Assembly (NCBI GenBank): GCA_012798115.1
Contig: JAAZNV010000007.1
Location: forward strand, 25,586-89,585
Direction: 5' to 3'
Length of the DNA: 64,000 bases
Source: a candidate division WWE3 bacterium
GTDB taxonomy: Bacteria > Patescibacteriota > WWE3 > UBA101185 > UBA10185
The first letter of the stretch is position 1. Every line of letters starts with the position of its first letter. A model generated the notes under the pieces. The model was not told the origin of the DNA. It saw only the letters and a program-made list of their open reading frames with translations, and did no database searches. Of the stretch, positions 1 through 8,547 are shown in pieces. The position numbers were made by a program, and so were the translations under genes.

Positions 1-784
1 ACGAACTAACCTCATTGAGATAATCTTTAATGGACTTAAAGTAGTTCTCTGGCAGTCCGATTCTTAGCGTTTTGCCACTTTGTACGTCCTCTTGGGTTCT
101 TGTGTCGTGTGATTTCCTCCAGGCTTCAAATCTTACATCTTCCCAACCTGTGTCCTTACCGTCTAAAAATCTAGCATTGCCGGCTAAGGATGTAGATATG
201 GGACTAATCATGAATAATCTGTTTAGCTTGTCTAGAGCATCGGTTATACCATTACACTCTAGAGAGAATTGAAAGGCATTTAATAAACCGACCACTGCAG
301 CATCGCCAACAAATGCTCCGTTTATAAAGTTCATATTATGACGAGTACGATTCTCATTATGAAAATTAGGCACAATCATGTACTTCTCGGTTTTTGTTCT
401 TTCAACTTTTCTTGTATTTGCCCATGGAATTGTGCCTCCTCTCCCGAGTTTAAATCCATACTTTCCAGCCTCATTTATTAATTGTGATTCCAGTTCCCTT
501 AGTTGTTTGTGCCAACTATCAAACCCCCCTTGGTGTAGGTTTACAGGCTTTGGGTGAACTTCTATACACGAAGCTCCGAGTTCTGAACCAAAGTCCTTTC
601 CGAGTTTTTCAATAATCTTCTTTTTCTCCTCATCTTTAGCAAGTATCTTTTCCCCACAAACTTCTTTGTAAATGTAAAGTTCTTGCTCTGCTCCCGCCAT
701 ACTAACTTTGTGACACGTGTTACCCCTAGGGATTCTACTAAGTTGATCTTCTGCAGCCTTTTTAAACGCACTTAACATACTCAT
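1..784 (-). CDS. hypothetical protein, N-terminal 261 aa (C-terminus beyond window edge)
   Basis: Reading frame open from ATG at 782-784 (RBS AAAGGAGAG 6 nt upstream) to position 2 with no stop, checked codon by codon; not in ORF track because no in-window stop; no family recognised. Confidence 0.5.
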   Translation of the reverse strand, partial: MSMLSAFKKAAEDQLSRIPRGNTCHKVSMAGAEQELYIYKEVCGEKILAKDEEKKKIIEKLGKDFGSELGASCIEVHPKPVNLHQGGFDSWHKQLRELESQLINEAGKYGFKLGRGGTIPWANTRKVERTKTEKYMIVPNFHNENRTRHNMNFINGAFVGDAAVVGLLNAFQFSLECNGITDALDKLNRLFMISPISTSLAGNARFLDGKDTGWEDVRFEAWRKSHDTRTQEDVQSGKTLRIGLPENYFKSIKDYLNEVSS

Positions 785-838
785 TTTACTCTCCTTTATC
801 TTTATGTTTTTAAGGTTCTTCTAGCTAATTTATCCTTC

Positions 839-1777
839 TTAGTCCTTCTCCTTTATCATTTTTCCTATTGTAAAAATCCTATCCCCAGTAGACACAAACT
901 GATTGTTCTTCAAAACCATTAGCACACCGCTTTCATGAGCTGTCACCCTACTCTTTTTGAAGGTGTTAATATCTATGATACTTCCTATGACATCGCCTTT
1001 TTTGACCTTTTCCATTAAAGATTTCTTGGATATAAAAATCCCAGAGATATCTGAATCTATTTCACTGTGTTCTACAAAAATAGGTGTTCTCTTGTTTCTT
1101 TCCAACTTCATATTTGTAATTTTGGCCTCGTTTAGCACTCTTATGGTTCCATCTACTGCTCTACGAATTTGTTCTGGGGTAATCTCATAATGTTGCGGGA
1201 GTTCTATCGCAATATTTGGTACTCCTTCAAATGAGATTTTTGGGCCCAATGCTGTAACAAATTTAAGTTCGTTCTTACTCTGTACATTCATTTGCCATAC
1301 AATGTCTGGGTTGAAAATTTTAACAAAGTTGAGAGTTCTGTTCCTTGTTTTTCTGCTCCCGCAGTTCATAAAAATACTAGTAATTACTGTAGGATCGGAA
1401 AAGGTATGAAAATCCAAAACAACATCCATTTTTTTTGCAATATCAAATATCGCGGATGCAATTCTATCCGTGAGTTCTTTGTTTCTATCCCCAGGGAATT
1501 TTCTGTTTAGATCATAGCCATCAATGGGAGTAACTCTAGATCCCAAAGCGTGTGCTAGAGGGTTTGCGGAGGGGATAATCCAAAGTTCACCTGATATCTC
1601 TTTAATTTGTTCCAAAACTTTGTTAATAATCAATAGACCTGTATATTCATCGCCATGCATTCCGCATAAAATTAATGCCTTTGAACCTCTTGTTCTGCCT
1701 AAAATTTTAACTAAGGGAATATTTATCTCTATGGCTCCGGACTGACCTATTTTTATCCTACTAAATTTTTTTTGCAT
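839..1777 (-). CDS. succinylglutamate desuccinylase/aspartoacylase (AstE/AspA, M14-like zinc deacylase) family protein
   Basis: 312 aa; ILCGMHGDEYTG zinc-ligand block and overall AstE/AspA-like layout; RBS AGGAG 8 nt before ATG. Confidence 0.55.
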   Translation of the reverse strand: MQKKFSRIKIGQSGAIEINIPLVKILGRTRGSKALILCGMHGDEYTGLLIINKVLEQIKEISGELWIIPSANPLAHALGSRVTPIDGYDLNRKFPGDRNKELTDRIASAIFDIAKKMDVVLDFHTFSDPTVITSIFMNCGSRKTRNRTLNFVKIFNPDIVWQMNVQSKNELKFVTALGPKISFEGVPNIAIELPQHYEITPEQIRRAVDGTIRVLNEAKITNMKLERNKRTPIFVEHSEIDSDISGIFISKKSLMEKVKKGDVIGSIIDINTFKKSRVTAHESGVLMVLKNNQFVSTGDRIFTIGKMIKEKD

Positions 1778-1792
1778 TTTGTAATCTCCTAT

Positions 1793-2082
1793 AACAAAAA
1801 TGTCCTCAAGCTCTTATCAGATTTAAATCTGATAACAACCTAAGGACGTTCTTAATAAGCGTGGTACCACCTTAGTTTATCCAATCGTCACCGATTGAAT
1901 CTCTTTAACTGCTCCGCTTGTGCGACACAGCCTATCGCTTTTACGGGCGAACCCGTTCCTAATTTTCTTAGGACAGCTCCGGAAGTGTAATTCGCTTTTC
2001 ACTATACGCTAGGTTTTCAGCGACCACCTGGTTTCTAATGTCACTAGTCTAAAGCTACTTATTCTTCCATCAAAGCTTTATA
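1793..2082 (-). promoter_or_regulatory. T-box riboswitch leader (tRNA-sensing transcription attenuator) controlling the 839..1777 operon
   Basis: Minus-strand RNA contains CUAAGG-UGGUACC-ACG...CGU-CCUUAG (helix A1 / 7-nt UGGNACC bulge / helix A2) matching T-box consensus AGGGUGGNACCGCG at 13/15; alternative terminator GUCCUUAGGUU...AGCUUGAGGAC followed by AUUUUUGUU; preceding hairpin CAAUCG-GUGA-CGAUUG (stem III-like) and a UUCG tetraloop hairpin; segment ~47% GC in ~31% GC context. Confidence 0.6.
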
Positions 2083-2088
2083 GGGAGC

Positions 2089-2117
2089 AATATATACAAT
2101 TTTAGTAGGATTGTCAA
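2089..2117 (-). promoter_or_regulatory. sigma70-type promoter for the T-box leader (TTGACA-17-TATATT)
   Basis: Perfect -35 TTGACA (2112-2117), 17-nt spacer, -10 TATATT (2089-2094) on minus strand. Confidence 0.5.
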
Positions 2118-2185
2118 CAAGGGTGCAATTAGTTAAGTAGCTTAATATTTATTGTTCTATAACTTTTTATACATAAACAAAAAAC

Positions 2186-2222
2186 CAGAAGAAACGTGCT
2201 GTGAACAATCTCTTCTGGTTGT
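2186..2222 (-). terminator. Rho-independent terminator of 2228..3295 gene
   Basis: 8-bp stem CCAGAAGA/TCTTCTGG followed by U-run on minus strand directly after stop. Confidence 0.6.
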
Positions 2223-2227
2223 TAGTA

Positions 2228-3295
2228 CTAAACTGATTCTTTCCTGTCATTGTTGTTGAATATTTTATAAAGTACCAAACTCAGACCTATTAACACAAGG
2301 GAAAAAATCATACTCGCATTGACAGGTATCTTCATTAAAGGTAGTAGTATGATCTGGGAAGTGGGAATTGCTGAGGTTCCAATTAACCAAAGCGGATCAC
2401 TGCTTTTGCCATGCTTGTTGGCATTGATTGTGCTAAGTCTAGTTCCTTTAACAAAAGCCCAGAATCCTACACCGTTACTGATGGCACCTACTATTATAAG
2501 GTACCAAATGACTTTTAGATCTGGAAGGATTAAGGATGACCTTGCTAAAACCAGTGGGGTGACTAGAACAGCAGTTACAACCTCGATCACAAAAGTCAAG
2601 ACCCAGTCATCATAGTTTACATTTCCTGTTAGATAGCAGAACAAAGCTTGTGTGAAAGCAGCTATCAAACCGTATGTAATCACTAGATTATGTACTGCAT
2701 CTGTAGATTTGGTGCCAACAACATATACCACAACCGAAACTACGGCCAAAAGTACTGGTAAGATAAACTTAAAGCTTTTCCTATTAAGGTATACACTTTT
2801 TCTCCCCAGTAATACAGCTGAGATTACCATGAAAAATATTGGCCATGTGTAGTTTAATATGGTGGTAAAGGCCGCACCAATCAGTTTAATAGATTGGAAG
2901 TAAGTTACTGAGTATATGAATGGCCAAATGAGACCAAGACCAATCATTTTAAGATAATCTTTCCAATCATATTTTCTGAATTTGGACCAGCCTCCTTGGA
3001 TAGTTATTAGTATTGTGATTGCAATTACTGCTATCCAGTTAACATAGAACGTGGTTATATCTCCGTCCAAGTTTCCCAATTGCGCCAACCCAGGCACAAT
3101 CCCCCACGTTACTATTACTACAATCAATAACCATGCATAACCAGGCTCCTTGCTAGAAGATTTCTTCGTATTCACTTTACACCTCTTTTGAATTAGGATT
3201 TTGTTGTTTAGCTTGATTTGCCCTAGAAAATCATTTAACTCCCAACAGCACCTCCTTTTATCTTCTTTTATTACCATGTTTGATTTCTTAATCAA
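2228..3295 (-). CDS. multi-pass membrane protein, probable DMT/EamA-family transporter
   Basis: 355 aa, ~10 predicted hydrophobic helices after a charged N-terminal tail. Confidence 0.4.
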   Translation of the reverse strand: MIKKSNMVIKEDKRRCCWELNDFLGQIKLNNKILIQKRCKVNTKKSSSKEPGYAWLLIVVIVTWGIVPGLAQLGNLDGDITTFYVNWIAVIAITILITIQGGWSKFRKYDWKDYLKMIGLGLIWPFIYSVTYFQSIKLIGAAFTTILNYTWPIFFMVISAVLLGRKSVYLNRKSFKFILPVLLAVVSVVVYVVGTKSTDAVHNLVITYGLIAAFTQALFCYLTGNVNYDDWVLTFVIEVVTAVLVTPLVLARSSLILPDLKVIWYLIIVGAISNGVGFWAFVKGTRLSTINANKHGKSSDPLWLIGTSAIPTSQIILLPLMKIPVNASMIFSLVLIGLSLVLYKIFNNNDRKESV

Positions 3296-3557
3296 TTTTT
3301 ACCTTGTTTTGTTGCACATCTCCTTGCTTGAGTAGTAGTGGTTGAATAGTGTATTTCGATCATTTTCTGCCTTTATTTACTTAAGTTATATTCTGTTATC
3401 AAAGGGCTACTACTCTTTACTTTCAAGCAATTATATATAGGTTGTATAAAAAGTCAAATACAAACGTCAATTAAAAATACTTAATTTGCATGATTGAAAT
3501 TATTTTTATGTATAATAACTTTAATAAAAAGTGAGAAGATCTCGTTCACTCTATAAG

Positions 3558-4226
3558 ATGATAAATGTTAACGATTATAAAATTAAGATCATTGATTTAA
3601 ACACTCTAAAGCGTCGTGGAGTAATAAAAAAAGTTATAGGAACGCTCCCCAGGGAGGGTTTGACGGTAGGTTTAGATGTATGGGCAAGAAAGTCTCCAAA
3701 GGAATCATTTCTAGGACTTATTGGTATATGTAAAACGCTTACAGATAAGCCACTAAAAGTATTTGTAGATGATTTATGTGCAAGAATGGATACAGGAAGA
3801 ACTGTTGCAGAGCAGAAATACTATAATAATCTCTATAAGAAGTTTTTTATAAACCAAGGCTGCGAAGTTTATTTTAGCAGCGATGTTCTTAGTGAAAAGC
3901 AAATGGCCAGACGTATCTATAATTTTAGTACTAGATTAACGTTTAATGATTTCGTTCAATGCCTTCCGCTTGAAAAACGTGTGAACATTGAAAAGTTGTC
4001 GATTAAAGAGTGCGGTCACTTGATACTTCAACTTATGTTCTTGGATTGTATAAAGGACATTTGTGATGTGGCGATGTTCGGAGCTTTCAGTGAAGCAGTG
4101 GTGTATATGCACAGGCAAACATCAAATAATCCACTAAGTTGTGTTATTGTTCCTAAAGTGCCTAACAATTTGACAGACATAAAAGAACTCTTAGCTTCTT
4201 TAGAAAACAAGTTTACCCGAAAATAA
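3558..4226 (+). CDS. hypothetical protein (orphan)
   Basis: ORF 3531..4226 in track starts at GTG; first ATG at 3558 (MINVNDYK); TTGCAT-19-TATAAT promoter-like element at 3486-3516; no recognisable family. Confidence 0.4.
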   Translation: MINVNDYKIKIIDLNTLKRRGVIKKVIGTLPREGLTVGLDVWARKSPKESFLGLIGICKTLTDKPLKVFVDDLCARMDTGRTVAEQKYYNNLYKKFFINQGCEVYFSSDVLSEKQMARRIYNFSTRLTFNDFVQCLPLEKRVNIEKLSIKECGHLILQLMFLDCIKDICDVAMFGAFSEAVVYMHRQTSNNPLSCVIVPKVPNNLTDIKELLASLENKFTRK

Positions 4227-5013
4227 TTTTTGTAGCCGTTGGCTCATGTATATAGAAGTATCTAAGCAATTTTCTTTGATTGTTAGTAATCTCTCTCTTG
4301 TCTATATTAGAGTATATATAGGTTTTACACTTGCGTATAAACCTTAGACGCTGTTTGGAAAGTTTTAGCCCATCGTATACAAAACCGCCAAGTAGCATTA
4401 CACTGTGGTAATCTGTTAAAACGAAGTCATTATTGTGTCCAATGTGGCATCTCCAAATTAGCTTGTAACCTAGATTTAGCTTGTGTTCGACTATTGGAAA
4501 TATGTAAAGTTTCTTGTAGCCAGAAAAGTCATCATATTCCTTAACTTTGGATAAAGATTTATATCTAAACTCGTTGATTAATATTGGCGTTAAGCAAAGT
4601 GATTTTGTAAATGTTGATAGAAACATAATTTTAATGGAAAACTTATACTTGAAGAAGAGTGTGTCTGTTTGTACACAGCTAGCATCGTAAGATTCGCACA
4701 CGTTATTGTAGGCTTCCTTTAATTTGATAAATGGGGTGTCTCCAATATTTATATGTTTTTCCTTATCGTCAACAATAATGAAAAAATCCACATCACTAGC
4801 ATTCACTTTCTCTCGAAAACTTTGGTAGTTATTTGCACGTAGACAAAGAGCTAGGGAACCACCTAGTAATAAGCTGTAAGAATTACACCCAAAATTTTCA
4901 TCACAAATGTTTTTTATGTAGTTAATTTCCTTGACTAATCTAACCGAGTAAGTCTTAAGGTTTTTCAAGTTCAAATTTTTATCTGTCTCTATTATCCTGT
5001 CCAAGAAAAACAT
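4213..5013 (-). CDS. nucleotidyltransferase-fold protein (Pol-beta superfamily; LinB/ANT-like size and GS...SDVDF motif)
   Basis: 266 aa; LLLGGSLAL...ASDVDFFIIVDD resembles hG[GS]...[DE]h[DE]h NTase core as in lincosamide/aminoglycoside nucleotidyltransferases. Confidence 0.35.
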   Translation of the reverse strand: MFFLDRIIETDKNLNLKNLKTYSVRLVKEINYIKNICDENFGCNSYSLLLGGSLALCLRANNYQSFREKVNASDVDFFIIVDDKEKHINIGDTPFIKLKEAYNNVCESYDASCVQTDTLFFKYKFSIKIMFLSTFTKSLCLTPILINEFRYKSLSKVKEYDDFSGYKKLYIFPIVEHKLNLGYKLIWRCHIGHNNDFVLTDYHSVMLLGGFVYDGLKLSKQRLRFIRKCKTYIYSNIDKREITNNQRKLLRYFYIHEPTATKIIFG

Positions 5014-5023
5014 TCGTGTGGCA

Positions 5024-5051
5024 ATTATATTACCTACATTATTGATGTCAA
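5024..5051 (-). promoter_or_regulatory. consensus sigma70 promoter (TTGACA-16-TATAAT) giving a near-leaderless mRNA for 4213..5013
   Basis: -35 at 5046-5051, -10 at 5024-5029, only 10 nt between -10 and ATG, no SD. Confidence 0.45.
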
Positions 5052-5122
5052 AATAATTGGGTTAACTAATATTAATCCCATGTAATATACCTTTAACAAG
5101 GTTACCCCTTAAGGTAAGCAGG

Positions 5123-5158
5123 AACAAATAGACCCAGAAAGTTTCTAATTTCTGGGTC
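5123..5158 (-). terminator. Rho-independent terminator of tyrS
   Basis: 10-bp perfect stem GACCCAGAAA/TTTCTGGGTC followed by UAUUUGUU on minus strand downstream of tyrS stop. Confidence 0.6.
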
Positions 5159-5188
5159 CAAACGTTAAAAATAAATATCTAGAATCTT

Positions 5189-6427
5189 TTACTTTCTGTT
5201 TATCCTTAGAAAGTTGGATTTTCCGAACTTTATCAAACAGCTTTGATTTATCTCCTCTTTTGGATCTGTCACTTTTCCTTCATTTACCTTCACCGCTCCT
5301 CCCTTAACCCTTCGGCTAACTTCACTTTTTGATGGAAGGCTACCAGATTCTACTAAGATTTCATCCAAAGGCATTTTCTTTACGATATCAAACTCAGGGA
5401 TTGAACTCAGATCTTCATTTTTATTGCCCATAAATACACTTTTTGATTGTTTTTGAGCTTTTTTGGCTTCCTCTTCTCCGTGCACAACTTTAGTGACTTC
5501 ATACGCCAACGTTTTTTGAGCTTCTCTTGGATCCCCGCTCATTATTTCATTGATCTGTTCCATTGGAAGAAACGTATAGATTCCGAAGAGAGTTCTTACC
5601 ATTCTGTCATCTATCTTTTCTATATACTGGTAGAAATCAAATGGAGATGTTTTGTTGGGATCTAACCACAAAGGTCCTTTTTCAGTTTTTCCCATCTTTT
5701 CGCCACTTGGAGTGGTAAGAAGAGAGAAAGTAACTGCTTGTGCACATGCTTTGTTTCCATAGTGAGCTTTAATTAGATTAACGCCTTGGATTATGTTTCC
5801 CCATTGATCACTCCCACCAACTTGGATTTTGCAACCATATTTGTCATAAAGTATGAGAAAGTCCCAAGATTGTACAGTGGTATATAGAAATTCTAATAGA
5901 GATAAGCCTTCTCCAACTTTAAGTCTGCGATCAAAGGTTTCCATCTTTACCATCTCGTTAACAGAGAAGTAACGTGCCACATCCATCATGTAGTCGTCAA
6001 GAAAACTCATTTTCGTTATCCAATCGGCATTATTCACCATAATAGCCTTTTTCGGATCGTCAAATGATAGCAATCCCATTCTCTGAACTTGGCGTTTTAT
6101 GCACCTTCCATTTTCCTCAACCTTTTCTTCAGTTAGAAGTACTCTGGAAGATTTCTTTCCGCTTGGATCTCCTATCCTCCCAGTAGCACCACCCAAAAGG
6201 AAGATCACTCTGTTTTTGGCTTCCTGCATATGATGAAGTGCCATAACACCCATAAAGTGTCCTAAGTGTAGACTGTCAGCGGAAGGATCAAAACCATCAT
6301 ATATTGTGGTCCCTTCTCCTAACAGCTTCCTAACGGCATCCTCATCAGAAACTTGGTACTTCTCTTGACTTCCATCAGTAGTTCTTGCTATAAAGCCCCG
6401 TTGTTTTAATAGGTCATATACGTTCAT
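5189..6427 (-). CDS. tyrS: tyrosyl-tRNA synthetase (type 1, E. coli/Bacillus TyrS-like)
   Basis: HIGH motif (SLHLGH), GGATGRIGDPS, QVGGSDQWGNI, KMSKS variant KMGKT, C-terminal S4 domain. Confidence 0.9.
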   Translation of the reverse strand: MNVYDLLKQRGFIARTTDGSQEKYQVSDEDAVRKLLGEGTTIYDGFDPSADSLHLGHFMGVMALHHMQEAKNRVIFLLGGATGRIGDPSGKKSSRVLLTEEKVEENGRCIKRQVQRMGLLSFDDPKKAIMVNNADWITKMSFLDDYMMDVARYFSVNEMVKMETFDRRLKVGEGLSLLEFLYTTVQSWDFLILYDKYGCKIQVGGSDQWGNIIQGVNLIKAHYGNKACAQAVTFSLLTTPSGEKMGKTEKGPLWLDPNKTSPFDFYQYIEKIDDRMVRTLFGIYTFLPMEQINEIMSGDPREAQKTLAYEVTKVVHGEEEAKKAQKQSKSVFMGNKNEDLSSIPEFDIVKKMPLDEILVESGSLPSKSEVSRRVKGGAVKVNEGKVTDPKEEINQSCLIKFGKSNFLRINRK

Positions 6428-6498
6428 TTTTACTCCTTTCTACCATTTTACTATTTTGTTATAAAAGTTCTAGTACTTATTTTTCTTCGTTTTGTTGA

Positions 6499-6527
6499 AT
6501 ACTATATAAATTTAATTGTCTTGTCAA
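6499..6527 (-). promoter_or_regulatory. sigma70-type promoter of tyrS (TTGACA-17-TAGTAT)
   Basis: -35 6522-6527, -10 6499-6504 on minus strand, ~70 nt 5'UTR with GGAG RBS. Confidence 0.4.
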
Positions 6528-6775
6528 ATTAACTAAACGTTATACTTTACATGCACTACAGGTTGTCAGGTAAGCACACTAAACAGGCCTTATCAATTAC
6601 ACACTAATACTATCGTGTAAGATCGTAAGTCACCTGGGTTTATTTGCTAGAACTTTTCTTTACTGTAGGTGTAATGCTTTGTATACTAACGTTAAGAAGA
6701 AAAAAAACAACGTATTTCTTTATAAGGATGGAAACTGCTAGTGAGAGTACTTGTGGTTGTAGGCGGTTATGTTTT

Positions 6776-7066
6776 ATGAGTAATCTCTTTAGGAAGAAAA
6801 AAGAAAATTTTAAATGTGAAAACTGTGGACATGAAGTAAAAGGAAATGGATATACTAACCACTGCCCTATTTGCTTATATAGCAAACACGTAGATATATT
6901 TCCTGGGGATAGATTAGAAAAGTGTAAAGGTTTAATGAAGCCAATTAGTGTTGATAAAAAAGATGGAGAGTATGTTCTTATACACAAATGTATAAAATGT
7001 GGTGTGGAAAAAAGAAATAAAGTATCTAAAGAAGATAACTTTGAAGAAATAATAAAATTAAGTTAG
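6776..7066 (+). CDS. RNHCP-domain zinc-ribbon protein
   Basis: CENCGHEV...GYTNHCPICLYSKHVD...CIKCG matches RNHCP domain; start taken at internal Met (ORF track begins at 6644). Confidence 0.5.
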   Translation: MSNLFRKKKENFKCENCGHEVKGNGYTNHCPICLYSKHVDIFPGDRLEKCKGLMKPISVDKKDGEYVLIHKCIKCGVEKRNKVSKEDNFEEIIKLS

Positions 7067-7076
7067 GATCTTAATA

Positions 7077-7688
7077 TTATTCTTGTATGCTGATATCAGA
7101 TAAAAAGCCTTTAATTTCTTCATCTGAGACGTATTTGTTTTCTAAGTAATCAATTGTCTCAGAATAATCTATGTCTTGGTAGTATGAAAGTTGCTCTCTG
7201 AATAGTTTTTCATTAAACTCTTGACCAAATATTTCCTTTGCTCTTGTTGTAATGTCAGAAAATTTATTTTCTTTAAAAACAAAGAATAAATCAACGTAGT
7301 CCTTCCATTTTGCTCTTTTTCCTAAGGCAAAAGCTTTCATTGCGGAAAGAGTACTTAGATTTGGTAGTTTAATTATATTTTCAAATGTCTCAGAGTAGTC
7401 TATTTCAAACGGATATGTGAGAAAAGTAAGTTTCACATTATTTACAACAATAGTTAATTCCTCTGTATTTTCTACTAGTGTGTTTTGGATTTGGTATGAT
7501 TGCCTAATTTTGTTTCTAACTTTATCGTGATCAAAGCTCTTGTCTATGAAAAGGTCATAATCTATAGATCTTCTATGCCCAATTTGTAATGCAATAGCAG
7601 TGCCTCCCACTAAACCAAACTCACTAGAAAATGTTTGTAGTAAGGGCAAAAGTTTAATTTGTTCCTCATTTAAAACTTCTTTATGCAT
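7077..7688 (-). CDS. nucleotidyltransferase, AbiEii/AbiGii-toxin-like (DUF1814) family
   Basis: FGLVGGTAIALQIGHRRSIDYDLFI matches the GGTAL...R.S.DiD NTase signature of AbiEii-type toxins. Confidence 0.55.
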   Translation of the reverse strand: MHKEVLNEEQIKLLPLLQTFSSEFGLVGGTAIALQIGHRRSIDYDLFIDKSFDHDKVRNKIRQSYQIQNTLVENTEELTIVVNNVKLTFLTYPFEIDYSETFENIIKLPNLSTLSAMKAFALGKRAKWKDYVDLFFVFKENKFSDITTRAKEIFGQEFNEKLFREQLSYYQDIDYSETIDYLENKYVSDEEIKGFLSDISIQE

Positions 7689-7971
7689 TCTTGTTTAAGT
7701 ATAAAGTAAAATAATTTATTGTTTGAGGTTTTAAGTTTGTTCTCTTTTTACTTGAAATTTCCTTAAATAGTTTATTTATTTCCTTTATGCCAAGTAGTTT
7801 TTTAATATATTGAAAGTCTTCCCAGTTGCCGTAGTTAAATATACTTTCAGCAATAACCTGATATGACAAATTATCATAGTTTGATGTACCCCATGCCAAA
7901 TATGGCCTGGATTTAATATAGCTTCTTGCCTCATTAAGTAAAGGATCAATCATACCCATATTATAGCTCAT
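7681..7971 (-). CDS. small hypothetical protein, putative cognate partner (antitoxin-like) of the AbiEii-like NTase
   Basis: 96 aa, overlaps downstream NTase gene by 8 nt (translational coupling). Confidence 0.35.
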   Translation of the reverse strand: MSYNMGMIDPLLNEARSYIKSRPYLAWGTSNYDNLSYQVIAESIFNYGNWEDFQYIKKLLGIKEINKLFKEISSKKRTNLKPQTINYFTLYLNKNA

Positions 7972-8013
7972 TACTTGTTGTATTTATAATACAGTGTTAT
8001 AAATTAATATAGT

Positions 8014-8409
8014 ATGCAAGAAGAAAATAAAAAAATAAAAAATAATATATTAATAATAGAAGATGAACATGATATTAGATCTATATACGTAGAAGTATTA
8101 AATTCTGCTGGATACAATGTAGATGAAGCTGGAGATGGTGAATCAGGAATGAATAAGATTAAAAATACAGATTGGAATCTTCTTCTTTTAGATATAATGC
8201 TTCCTGGAAGAGATGGTTTGAAGATTCTTAAAGACTTAAAAGAAAATCCTCAGTTTAAAAAAGGTCCTGTTATTGCTTTAACTAATTTGAATAGTGAAAA
8301 TATTATTCAGGAAGCTTTTAGTTCTGGAGCAGATGGTTATTTAATAAAATCAGAAGTTACACCAGATAAGGTTATAGAAGAAGTTGGAAAAGTATTAGGT
8401 AAAGAATAG
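8014..8409 (+). CDS. stand-alone response-regulator receiver (CheY-like) domain protein
   Basis: IEDE...LLLLDIMLPGRDGL...ALT...GADGYLIK receiver motifs (phospho-acceptor Asp in LLDIML). Confidence 0.75.
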   Translation: MQEENKKIKNNILIIEDEHDIRSIYVEVLNSAGYNVDEAGDGESGMNKIKNTDWNLLLLDIMLPGRDGLKILKDLKENPQFKKGPVIALTNLNSENIIQEAFSSGADGYLIKSEVTPDKVIEEVGKVLGKE

Positions 8410-8490
8410 TTCTCTACTCTGCATTAATAATGCTCTAATGTAAATCCCTGGAATATGTGTTGATTTATTTTTGTCTTTTGTGTTACCATT

Positions 8491-8545
8491 TTCTCTCGCG
8501 CGAGAAAAGAACCGAGACTTTAAACTTTTGGTTTATTGTCTCGGT
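8491..8545 (-). terminator. putative terminator downstream of lipoprotein gene (hairpins ACCGAGAC/GTCTCGGT and TTTTCTC/GAGAAAA)
   Basis: 8-bp inverted repeat immediately after stop codon, U-rich tract follows on minus strand. Confidence 0.3.
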
Positions 8546-8547
8546 CT

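Noticed and set aside
562-771. Track ORF (GTG start, low-complexity Arg/Lys-rich product)
   Set aside because: A different frame on the same strand is open from 784 to the window edge with a proper RBS and a non-repetitive product; the 69-aa ORF is likely spurious
1793-2082. GC-rich structured RNA considered as SRP RNA, RNase P RNA, tmRNA or 6S RNA
   Set aside because: Only a CCGGAAG 7-mer resembles SRP helix 8 and the GGAA tetraloop closure fails; no RNase P P4 or tmRNA tag/acceptor motifs; the antiterminator/terminator pair and UGGUACC bulge fit a T-box far better
6428-6640. Looked for a T-box leader upstream of tyrS
   Set aside because: Promoter lies ~70 nt from the start codon and no UGGNACC-type element or long structured leader is present
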